Below, piece after piece: positions 8,452 through 15,626 of a DNA stretch of 24,271 bases. Within the stretch, counting starts at the first letter, position 1. Each line of letters begins with the position of its first letter. The stretch lies in IMG/VR virus record IMGVR_UViG_3300031519_000218, positions 1 through 24,271 of that record; one strand, given 5' to 3'. A program made the translations under genes and the position numbers. Below the pieces are notes generated by a model. It was not told the DNA's origin, ran no database searches, and saw nothing but the letters and a program-made list of their open reading frames with translations. Source of the DNA: a virus. Its lineage: Duplodnaviria > Caudoviricetes.

Positions 8452-9201
8452 ATGGCCAAACAGCGAAGATTATCCCGTAGAGAAAAGCAAAGACAAGAAA
8501 GAGACAGTGAGCACCTAGTTGGAATTTTAAATCAAAAATTTTCCATGCGAAAGATATCACCTCTAACAGTTTCTCAATCAGATTTATTTGATTCATACAA
8601 ACAAGGACAAAATCTCGCAGCAATAGGTACGGCAGGCACAGGAAAAACGATGTGTGGTCTATACCTAGCTTTAGAAGACGTTATGACTAAAAAGGATTTC
8701 GAACAAATTGTTATTATTAGATCGGCAGTTCAAACCAGAGAACAGGGTTTTATGCCGGGAACAAAGGAACAAAAGGAAGCACTATACGCTGTGCCTTATT
8801 CTGACATCGTAAACGACTTATTTGGTCGCAAGGATGCATACAAGATACTAGAGCAAAAGGGCATGATTAAGTTTATGACATCCTCTTTTGTACGTGGATT
8901 GACCTTTGATAACTCTGTTATCTTAGTTGATGAATGCCAATCTATGACTTACCACGAATTGGATACGATCATCACACGCGTTGGTGAGTCTTCGAAGATC
9001 ATCTTCTGTGGAGACACAGCACAAAATGATCTAGCAACATCTAGAAATAGAGCAGACGTTTCTGGTCTTTCGGATTTCCTAAGAGTGATTAAAAAAATTG
9101 ATTCCTTCACGACAGTCAAGTTTACGGTTAATGATATCGTTCGCTCTGGTTTGGTTAAGGAATATATTATCGCAAAAGAAAGAACATTGGAAGCAGCATA
9201 A
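8452..9201 (+). CDS. phoH: PhoH-family ATPase
   Basis: GTAGTGKT, GFMPGT, RGLTFDN, VDECQ, GDTAQND, DIVRSGLVK. AAGGAGG SD before 8452. Confidence 0.95.
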   Translation: MAKQRRLSRREKQRQERDSEHLVGILNQKFSMRKISPLTVSQSDLFDSYKQGQNLAAIGTAGTGKTMCGLYLALEDVMTKKDFEQIVIIRSAVQTREQGFMPGTKEQKEALYAVPYSDIVNDLFGRKDAYKILEQKGMIKFMTSSFVRGLTFDNSVILVDECQSMTYHELDTIITRVGESSKIIFCGDTAQNDLATSRNRADVSGLSDFLRVIKKIDSFTTVKFTVNDIVRSGLVKEYIIAKERTLEAA

Positions 9202-9548
9202 TGCCAGAAGCAGCTAGAGGAAATGCAACAGAGACTGTGAATACAGTACACGTAGCGGTGGGTGATGTGGATACAGATGACTCATCGTTCTGTGACGCAG
9301 CACCTATCGTTACCTCTACTGACAAATGTAGTGGCAAAGTAAAAGCAGAAGGTAAAGGCATCGTTCGACAGGGCGATGCCGTTACTGCTCATGCTATTGG
9401 TGGTGTTTGTGCTACCCACACACCAGCATTAACCGCGTTTAGTGGCAAAGTTAAAATAGAAGGTAAAGGTGCTGGACGTAAGGGTGACACGTATGGGTGT
9501 GGCGCAATAATCACATCTGGATCAGGAAAAGTAAATATTGGTGGCTAA
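9201..9548 (+). CDS. PAAR-repeat spike-tip protein (T4 gp5.4-like)
   Basis: MPEAARG, GKGIVRQGD...H, GKGAGRKGD..CG, SGSGKVNIGG: three PAAR-like repeats with His/Cys ligands. Confidence 0.8.
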   Translation: MPEAARGNATETVNTVHVAVGDVDTDDSSFCDAAPIVTSTDKCSGKVKAEGKGIVRQGDAVTAHAIGGVCATHTPALTAFSGKVKIEGKGAGRKGDTYGCGAIITSGSGKVNIGG

Positions 9549-9593
9549 ATAGTTTTTTCTGTGTTACAATGGAGAATCAACTAAGGATATATT

Positions 9594-10262
9594 ATGTTTA
9601 ATCATGTGAAGCACGACATCAACCTGCCTAGTTTAACTAGAAAAACTACCGAAAGTGGTCGTAAATACTTTACGCCTGAAGGTAACGCATATCCCTCAAT
9701 CACAACTGTTCTTAGCCTGTTGAGCAAACAAGGCATCCTTGAATGGCGTGAGAAGGTTGGGGCAGAGGAAGCCAACAAGATATCCAGACAGGCCTCAGTG
9801 CGAGGCACGGCAGTACACAAGCTTGCTGAGGACTATCTTAACAATGAGCCAAATTGGGCTAAGGGTGCTATGCCAAGCAACCTCAATTCATTTTCCGACA
9901 TACGAAAGATCATGGATGAGCGTCTGAATAATATTTGGATGCAAGAAGTGTTCTTGTATAGTGATCGTTTAAAGACTGCTGGACAGGTTGACTGTATTGC
10001 AGAGTTTGATGGCCAACTATCTATTGTTGATTTCAAAACATCTCGCAAACCAAAGAAAGAGGAATGGATCACTTCATACTTTATCCAAGCTTCATTCTAT
10101 GCCGCCGCTTTCTATGAGAGGACAGGGATACCTATTAAACAGGGCGTGATCTTAATCACAGTAGACGGGTCAGAGCCTCAAGTGTTCAAGATAAATACAT
10201 ACGATTATCTACCCCACTTCTTGTCTGTTCGTAAGAGGTACAAAGAACTAAACAACTTATAA
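9594..10262 (+). CDS. PD-(D/E)XK exonuclease (T4-like phage exonuclease, Cas4/MGME1-like fold)
   Basis: YPSITTVL, RGTAVH, AGQVDC, IVDFKTS, YFIQASFYA. Confidence 0.88.
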   Translation: MFNHVKHDINLPSLTRKTTESGRKYFTPEGNAYPSITTVLSLLSKQGILEWREKVGAEEANKISRQASVRGTAVHKLAEDYLNNEPNWAKGAMPSNLNSFSDIRKIMDERLNNIWMQEVFLYSDRLKTAGQVDCIAEFDGQLSIVDFKTSRKPKKEEWITSYFIQASFYAAAFYERTGIPIKQGVILITVDGSEPQVFKINTYDYLPHFLSVRKRYKELNNL

Positions 10263-10273
10263 AGGAATATAAT

Positions 10274-10513
10274 ATGCCATTTGGTAAATATGTCGATGAG
10301 AATTCCCCAGCAGGAATGAAAACTAAAATGTTAGCCGCAATGAGGTCACACGCGATTGGCCACATTGAGAAACACAAGATGAACGTCGAAGTCTATTTGG
10401 CGAACCCTGCTGGTATTGGTGAACATCCTGATGTGTTCGAAGCCATGGAAATGGAAATCATGGAAATGGCAAAATACGAAGACATTCTTGATATGCTAGA
10501 TAAACATTTCTAA
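10274..10513 (+). CDS. conserved phage hypothetical protein
   Basis: NVEVYLANPAGIGEHPD motif; AAGGA SD. Confidence 0.8.
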   Translation: MPFGKYVDENSPAGMKTKMLAAMRSHAIGHIEKHKMNVEVYLANPAGIGEHPDVFEAMEMEIMEMAKYEDILDMLDKHF

Positions 10514-10523
10514 AACAAAGTTG

Positions 10524-10591
10524 TTGACAATGCTTTCGAGATTCGTTACAAAGTAAGAGTAAGTTAAGAATCAAACGAAAGAGAGAATGAC
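10524..10591 (+). promoter_or_regulatory. early promoter cassette 1
   Basis: TTGACA(10524)-N17-TACAAA(10547); GATTC 10540-10544, GAATC 10568-10572; A-rich leader with GAAAGAGA. Confidence 0.75.
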
Positions 10592-10924
10592 ATGACTGCT
10601 TTTACAAATGAGAACCTAGACTACCACGGTGGTTACTTGATGTTTCGTGGTGATTATGAAGGTCGTCCAGTTTATGAAGACAAGCCAAATGTTCACCCTA
10701 CTCGTGTTGGCAAAGGTATCGACCTTTTCATCGCACGTTTCAAGTACGGTGGTGCTCCTTTCACTAAAGCCAACTACGTCAAGGAGTTGAAGAAAAACTG
10801 GACGGTTGAAGAGTATGCCGCCAAACGCGCTGAAGGCATGACGCCACACGCCATCTTAGAAGAAAAGAACCCTCAGTGGGCCATCGACATCATGGCCAAG
10901 TGGAAAGCCAAGAAAGGACTTTAA
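10592..10924 (+). CDS. hypothetical early protein
   Basis: 110 aa ORF behind its own promoter; YHGGYL and FIARFKYG motifs. Confidence 0.85.
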   Translation: MTAFTNENLDYHGGYLMFRGDYEGRPVYEDKPNVHPTRVGKGIDLFIARFKYGGAPFTKANYVKELKKNWTVEEYAAKRAEGMTPHAILEEKNPQWAIDIMAKWKAKKGL

Positions 10925-11247
10925 TGCGTTACATCATCATTGACCCAGATGAAGGAATTTTTCTGGGTACAAGAGAAGATAAGGAAATGGGTGGGATGGG
11001 AATGCTATTTTCGTCCCACAATTTTCTTTACATAACTAGGGCCGTATGTTGGGACAATAAAGATGATGCGCGTTCATATATGTTCAGGCACATCAAGCGA
11101 CATCTCCAATATTGTTTTATTGCAGAGATCGACTCAACAACCAAAAACAAATATGTGGATATCAAAGATATTTGTAATGCGGGGTTTGGAGATTATGCCA
11201 CTGACATGATTGACGCACTCGACATGCCAAGTGAGGCAGTCCATTAA
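10924..11247 (+). CDS. hypothetical protein
   Basis: TAATG overlap, AAGGA SD; start trimmed from 10876. Confidence 0.8.
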   Translation: MRYIIIDPDEGIFLGTREDKEMGGMGMLFSSHNFLYITRAVCWDNKDDARSYMFRHIKRHLQYCFIAEIDSTTKNKYVDIKDICNAGFGDYATDMIDALDMPSEAVH

Positions 11248-11254
11248 TTAAGCG

Positions 11255-11279
11255 AAGGGGGTTGACAGCCCCCTTTTTT
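11255..11279 (+). terminator. intrinsic terminator overlapping the -35 box of the next promoter
   Basis: AAGGGGG-TTGACAG-CCCCCTT followed by further Ts. Confidence 0.7.
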
Positions 11280-11324
11280 GATTCTATAACATAAGAGTAG
11301 ATAGAATCAGAAAGCGAGATACCA
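11262..11324 (+). promoter_or_regulatory. early promoter cassette 2
   Basis: TTGACA(11262)-N17-TATAAC(11285); GATTC 11280-11284, GAATC 11304-11308. Confidence 0.78.
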
Positions 11325-11510
11325 ATGCTTATAGTAAATGACATCCAAGACGCCTCAGTGATTGAAAAGAAGCTTTCCTCAATCGTGCGTCGTTCAGTTA
11401 ACTTTAATAAGTCTGAAGAAGATATTCTTGTTGAGTTGATGTTCGTCATCGAAGACTTACGTGCAAATATTAATCGCATCGACCAAGAAATGAGTGTTGA
11501 CAGCGTTTAA
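11325..11510 (+). CDS. hypothetical early protein
   Basis: 61 aa ORF behind cassette 2. Confidence 0.75.
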   Translation: MLIVNDIQDASVIEKKLSSIVRRSVNFNKSEEDILVELMFVIEDLRANINRIDQEMSVDSV

Positions 11511-11560
11511 TAGTTTCGCTATAAAGTTAGAGTAAAGAGAATCAATTGAAAGAGAAAAAA
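11497..11560 (+). promoter_or_regulatory. early promoter cassette 3
   Basis: TTGACA(11497)-N17-TATAAA(11520); GAATC 11539-11543. Confidence 0.75.
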
Positions 11561-11827
11561 ATGATCCATTATGTAGCAGCAGACGAAGGTGGCCTTATTT
11601 TCACAATAGAGTGCGAAGTAGAGGGCGAAATCAAGCGTCGTGCAGATACTATTGAAGATGGCGTACACTGGGTAGATCAGTATGGTATCGCTGTCAACGA
11701 ATTGTTCTTTTCCTCTTCAATGGACTTTGCCGCTGAATATTACTTTGAAAATGACATGGGCGCAAAAGACATGTTCAACTCAATAACTGCCCAGTCCAAG
11801 ACCTACACAGATTTAATTTGTAACTAA
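11561..11827 (+). CDS. hypothetical early protein
   Basis: ATG 11561 after GAAAGAGA; acidic ORF with FFSSSMDFA. Confidence 0.78.
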   Translation: MIHYVAADEGGLIFTIECEVEGEIKRRADTIEDGVHWVDQYGIAVNELFFSSSMDFAAEYYFENDMGAKDMFNSITAQSKTYTDLICN

Positions 11828-11841
11828 AACGAAAATAGTTC

Positions 11842-11870
11842 TTTACATCTGAAACGAATCGATCTATATT
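11842..11870 (+). promoter_or_regulatory. early promoter cassette 4
   Basis: TTTACA(11842)-N17-TATATT(11865); CGAATCG 11855-11861 in the spacer. Confidence 0.65.
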
Positions 11871-11913
11871 ACTCTTATCGAAACAAACTTGAAACCTTGA
11901 AAGGGTTTATATC

Positions 11914-12870
11914 ATGGCTCACGAATTAGAAATGATTAACGGCGAAGCTCAAATGGCTTATCGCGCAAGCAACGGTCTCCCATGGCACGGTCTGGGCGTT
12001 CCAGTTGGTGATGACATGTCACCACAAGAAATGATGCAAGCTGCTGGCTTGGATTGGGGCGTAGAGAAAGTTGATACGTTCTTCCGCTTCCAAGGCGACA
12101 ACCACGCAACTGGTCAACAGGCACTAGTACGTTCTACTGATGGGCGTGTATTGACCCAAGTGGGCAAGAACTGGAACCCTGTTCAGAACAGTGAAGCATT
12201 TGACTTCTTCACAGAGTTCGTGAGCGCTGGTGACATGGCCATGGACACTGCTGGGTCACTCAAGGACGGTCAGATCGTCTGGGCCATGGCAGACGTGCGT
12301 GACGGCTTCTCACTGTTCAATGGTGATGAGGTAAAGGGTTACTTGTTGTTCTCCAACCCTCACCAGTACGGCAAAGCAATCGACATCAAGTTCGTTATGG
12401 AACGTGTCGTATGCAACAACACTCTGACTGTTGCCTTGAATGAAGGCACTCAAGCTGCTGTTCGTGTTAACCACCGTCAAGCTTTTGATCCTGCACGGGT
12501 CAAAGAAATCCTTGGTGTTTCTCACAACAAAGTGGAACAGTTCAAAGCCGCCGCTGAGCACCTTGGTTCACGCAACTACAACCGTGAAACTCTTGAGAAG
12601 TTCTTTGGTAAAATCTTCGGTGAATCGAACCGCGAAGGTCAGTCACTTTCAACTACGGCAAAACGCGCCATGGAAGTTACCGAAAACCAGCCGGGGGATC
12701 ACTTCCGTCCGGGGACTTGGTGGAATGCCTACAATGCCGTGACTTACATGGCTGACCACGAACTTGGTCGTTCCGCTGATACACGCATGACATCAGCTTG
12801 GTTTGGTACTAACGCCAACAAGAAAATCAAAGCTCTTGACTTGGCCTTGGAAATGGCTGATGCGTCTTAA
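11914..12870 (+). CDS. DUF932 (TIGR03299-like) phage/plasmid protein
   Basis: MAHELE, PWHGLG, AGLDW, PVQNSEAFDFF, TAGSLKDG, RVVCNNTL, GTWWNAYNAVT. Confidence 0.9.
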   Translation: MAHELEMINGEAQMAYRASNGLPWHGLGVPVGDDMSPQEMMQAAGLDWGVEKVDTFFRFQGDNHATGQQALVRSTDGRVLTQVGKNWNPVQNSEAFDFFTEFVSAGDMAMDTAGSLKDGQIVWAMADVRDGFSLFNGDEVKGYLLFSNPHQYGKAIDIKFVMERVVCNNTLTVALNEGTQAAVRVNHRQAFDPARVKEILGVSHNKVEQFKAAAEHLGSRNYNRETLEKFFGKIFGESNREGQSLSTTAKRAMEVTENQPGDHFRPGTWWNAYNAVTYMADHELGRSADTRMTSAWFGTNANKKIKALDLALEMADAS

Positions 12871-12955
12871 TATCTCAGAAGCAATATTCATGGGGGTAGC
12901 GTTAGCGCTACTCCTAATCTGGGTAGACCCTTTACTTATTATTCGTGGAATTTAA
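12860..12955 (+). CDS. possible 31-aa membrane peptide
   Basis: Not in the ORF track: MRLNISEAIFMGVALALLLIWVDPLLIIRGI; stop lies just before ATG 12957. Confidence 0.4.
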   Translation: MRLNISEAIFMGVALALLLIWVDPLLIIRGI

Positions 12956-12956
12956 A

Positions 12957-13325
12957 ATGCAAAATACTCTAGCTTTCATCGCGGCACACCTTATTGGATC
13001 AATGGCGTATCAGTACACAGGGAACGAGCAGTTTTTGTACTTAAACATCGCCACACTAGCTTACGCACTATACCAATTTATCAAAGTGGGAACTTTAGTA
13101 CTAAGCCCAAATTGGGAAGTTGAATTGTCTTATGCAGAGCACATTCCTTCGCATTGGAAGTTGTTGCACAACTCAGTTCAAGGGCTTTCACTGTTTATGT
13201 TATATTCTGCTGGTTGGGTTTTTCTCACAGGGTTTGGTACATTATATTTAACAATTACAACACTAGCTATTATCATCACAGTTCTTGATATAGATATAGC
13301 TGGGAGCGACGGAGAGGACGAATGA
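12957..13325 (+). CDS. hypothetical membrane protein
   Basis: Three to four hydrophobic segments; start trimmed to ATG 12957. Confidence 0.75.
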   Translation: MQNTLAFIAAHLIGSMAYQYTGNEQFLYLNIATLAYALYQFIKVGTLVLSPNWEVELSYAEHIPSHWKLLHNSVQGLSLFMLYSAGWVFLTGFGTLYLTITTLAIIITVLDIDIAGSDGEDE

Positions 13326-13777
13326 AGATACTTATCTTAGGATTGCCCGGCTCAGGCAAGAGTACGCTTGCAAAGCCTCTAGCAAGCTTGTTGGGGGGTG
13401 TGTGGATCAATGCAGATCAAGTCAGAGAACGTTACAATGATTGGGACTTTTCAAATGAGGGACGCAAGCGACAAGCCTTTCGTATGAGCATGCTTGCAGA
13501 TGGAGTTAGAGAGGCTGGAAGAGTAGCTATATGTGATTTCGTTTGCCCCACTGAAGAAACCCGTCAAGAATTTGGCGCAGACTTTACGGTATGGATGGAC
13601 ACTATAAGTGAGGGTAGGTTCGAAGATACCAACAAGATTTTTCAGCCACCATCACAGTACGACTATCATGTAGCTAAGTGGTTTACCAACACACCTGAGG
13701 TTCTGCACGAAGTAGTGATACGTTATAGTACTATTAAAGAGAAAATGCGTTTAGATGGGAGAATAGAAGATGTTTGA
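13322..13777 (+). CDS. adenylylsulfate-kinase-like P-loop kinase (CysC-like)
   Basis: KILILGLPGSGKST, INADQVR, DFSNEGRKRQ, DFVCP, FQPP. Confidence 0.78.
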   Translation: MKILILGLPGSGKSTLAKPLASLLGGVWINADQVRERYNDWDFSNEGRKRQAFRMSMLADGVREAGRVAICDFVCPTEETRQEFGADFTVWMDTISEGRFEDTNKIFQPPSQYDYHVAKWFTNTPEVLHEVVIRYSTIKEKMRLDGRIEDV

Positions 13778-14177
13778 TTATAAAAAGCCTAGCGTCCAGA
13801 TGTTGGGACGATGGCAACCTTGGCATGATGGCCACACAGAACTTTTCAAAAGAGCGTTCGACATTACTGGCCAAGTTGTTATCATGATCCGTGATGTTTA
13901 TGACTACCAAGGTGACGCTGGCGCTGGGCGCACAGTAGCACAAGATGACAACCCGTTTGGTATAATTGAGGTGATTGGTAATATCGAAAAAGGTTTGGCC
14001 CCACACGGTTTCCTCAATGGCCATGAATACCTTATTATAGAAGTTCCGAATATTGTTGACATTAGTTATGGTCGCGGTGTAGGATATACATTCACAGAAC
14101 ATGATCTTGGCAAACAAGTTCATGACATTTCAGCCACAAAAATTCGTGCAAAATTGAGAGAAGAAGGGAAATTATAA
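13770..14177 (+). CDS. HxGH nucleotidyltransferase (cytidyltransferase-like)
   Basis: LGRWQPWHDGH, DNPF, YGRGVGY, C-terminal ISATKIR. Confidence 0.82.
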   Translation: MFDYKKPSVQMLGRWQPWHDGHTELFKRAFDITGQVVIMIRDVYDYQGDAGAGRTVAQDDNPFGIIEVIGNIEKGLAPHGFLNGHEYLIIEVPNIVDISYGRGVGYTFTEHDLGKQVHDISATKIRAKLREEGKL

Positions 14178-14797
14178 TGGCTAATCACGTACAATTTATG
14201 GTGACATTTCACCAGATTAACGAAGCAGCAACTGCAAAACTAAACGAAATGTATGGTCGTATTCGTAATGAAGAAGGCAGTCATGCATGGTTTAGTGATA
14301 TGTTTGTCGAAGGTGACTTGACCTACGAAGATTCAGAAAAGTTTTCATGGACAACCGAAAACATTGGCCCTAAGTGGTGTTATCTTGAGGAGTTTGATGG
14401 AGAGAGCTTTAATGGTACATCAGCTTGGAGCGCACCTGAAGATGGACTAGTGAAGCTTCTGGAGATTTTAGAACAATTTGACCCAGACATCATCACTTCG
14501 ATTACCTATGAAGATGAATGCCCTAACTTTGCTGGATGTAACGTCTACGAAGGTTCTGATAATATAGATGGCACGTACAGCGACAGTGACGAAATTCGTG
14601 AAATGGTGATTTATGAATCTGAATTTCTTACTGAAGAATCTTGGAATGATGAGGATGATGAATGGGCAAATGAGGAAGCTGAAGAAGCATTCAACGAAGA
14701 ACTGTGGGAAACTTTAAACAACTCACATTGGACTTTTATTAATGACACTGTTCAAGCGATTGGAGAAGAGCAGGTGCTTCGTGCGGAGGGGGGTTGA
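14177..14797 (+). CDS. acidic hypothetical protein, possibly DUF1281/YubB ferredoxin-like fold
   Basis: WTTENIGPKW...SAWSAP...YEDE resembles the NWGTKW/TAWxPP pattern; very Asp/Glu-rich C-terminus. Confidence 0.6.
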   Translation: MANHVQFMVTFHQINEAATAKLNEMYGRIRNEEGSHAWFSDMFVEGDLTYEDSEKFSWTTENIGPKWCYLEEFDGESFNGTSAWSAPEDGLVKLLEILEQFDPDIITSITYEDECPNFAGCNVYEGSDNIDGTYSDSDEIREMVIYESEFLTEESWNDEDDEWANEEAEEAFNEELWETLNNSHWTFINDTVQAIGEEQVLRAEGG

Positions 14798-14851
14798 CAA
14801 CCCCCATTTGATTCGTTATTAAGATAGTGTAGTAACAAGAAAGAACCCGCT
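14789..14851 (+). promoter_or_regulatory. early promoter cassette 5 with hairpin over the -35 box
   Basis: GGGGG-TTGACAA-CCCCC; TTGACA(14794)-N17-TATTAA(14817); TGATTCG 14809-14815; leader GTAGTAACAAGAAAG. Confidence 0.75.
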
Positions 14852-15058
14852 ATGCACACGAACAAGAATTATCGTTTTGAAACAAAAGAAGAAGCCCAAG
14901 ATTATGCAAATCGTTATTTGGGACCAGATGGTCGCCCTGATCGTGATACATATGTGACTGGCCCCTTTCTTCGTGATGATTCAGTTACTTTCAAGAGCAT
15001 GCCTTGGGTTGAGTGTGAAGCACCATATTGGACAGTTGGCATTGAAATTTATAGCTAG
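14852..15058 (+). CDS. hypothetical early protein
   Basis: 68 aa ORF behind cassette 5; FETKEEAQ motif. Confidence 0.78.
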   Translation: MHTNKNYRFETKEEAQDYANRYLGPDGRPDRDTYVTGPFLRDDSVTFKSMPWVECEAPYWTVGIEIYS

Positions 15059-15087
15059 AATTTCTTTCAAACTTTGTCACTTTGTTA

Positions 15088-15145
15088 TTGACACCAACAG
15101 AATCATGTGGCATATAGATAAGGTAGAAACAAGAAAGTGAAAAAC
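15088..15145 (+). promoter_or_regulatory. early promoter cassette 6
   Basis: TTGACA(15088)-N17-CATATA(15111); GAATC 15100-15104; leader GTAGAAACAAGAAAG. Confidence 0.68.
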
Positions 15146-15373
15146 ATGAACTCTTTTATTTCAAATCTCTATCAAGCCGAAGGTTCGCAGATTAGTGGCG
15201 AATATAACGGTTGGTCGTTTATCGGTAAGATCACTGATACACGGTGTAAGTATGGCACTGAAATCCAAGTTACTGTCGAAGACACAGAACTGAACCAAAC
15301 TTTTCTGATCGACGGTTCTCATCTGTATTTCGGTAACGGTGGTGGTTACGACAACCTTCACGTTTACTTCTAA
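15146..15373 (+). CDS. hypothetical early protein
   Basis: ATG 15146 after GAAAG; beta-rich 75 aa ORF. Confidence 0.78.
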   Translation: MNSFISNLYQAEGSQISGEYNGWSFIGKITDTRCKYGTEIQVTVEDTELNQTFLIDGSHLYFGNGGGYDNLHVYF

Positions 15374-15378
15374 TTTTT

Positions 15379-15446
15379 GATTGGGGGGTTGACTCTCCCC
15401 AGTCGCTTTGCTACTAAGACAGTGTAGAAACAAGAAAGAGATCGTT
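15379..15446 (+). promoter_or_regulatory. early promoter cassette 7 with hairpin over the -35 box
   Basis: GATTGGGGGG-TTGACT-CTCCCCAGTC; TTGACT(15389)-N17-TACTAA(15412); leader GTAGAAACAAGAAAG. Confidence 0.72.
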
Positions 15447-15626
15447 ATGAGCTTCAAAGCAAACTATGATGCGCGGATAGAATTGGTAGAACTTCTCAAA
15501 GCCAAAAAGGGCAACAATTATGCTCTTGGCTATCTCATGAGTGCGTTTGCATGCGAGAACGCCCCTTTGCCAGATCATTACCTTGCTGTTGTTGATGAGT
15601 TGAAAGCATTGGCAGACGCTGCGTAA
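15447..15626 (+). CDS. hypothetical early protein
   Basis: ATG 15447 after GAAAGAGA; 59 aa, YALGYL motif. Confidence 0.75.
   Translation: MSFKANYDARIELVELLKAKKGNNYALGYLMSAFACENAPLPDHYLAVVDELKALADAA

Noticed and set aside
8452-9201. phoH as a novel auxiliary metabolic gene
   Set aside because: It is very common in marine T4-like phages.
9594-10262. Cas4-like nuclease suggesting a CRISPR system
   Set aside because: No repeat-spacer array or other cas genes, and no four-Cys cluster; this is the ordinary T4-like exonuclease near phoH.
10524-15446. Repeated intergenic motifs as a CRISPR array or attC sites
   Set aside because: The repeats are degenerate, separated by whole genes and explained by promoter/SD elements; no integrase is present in the window.
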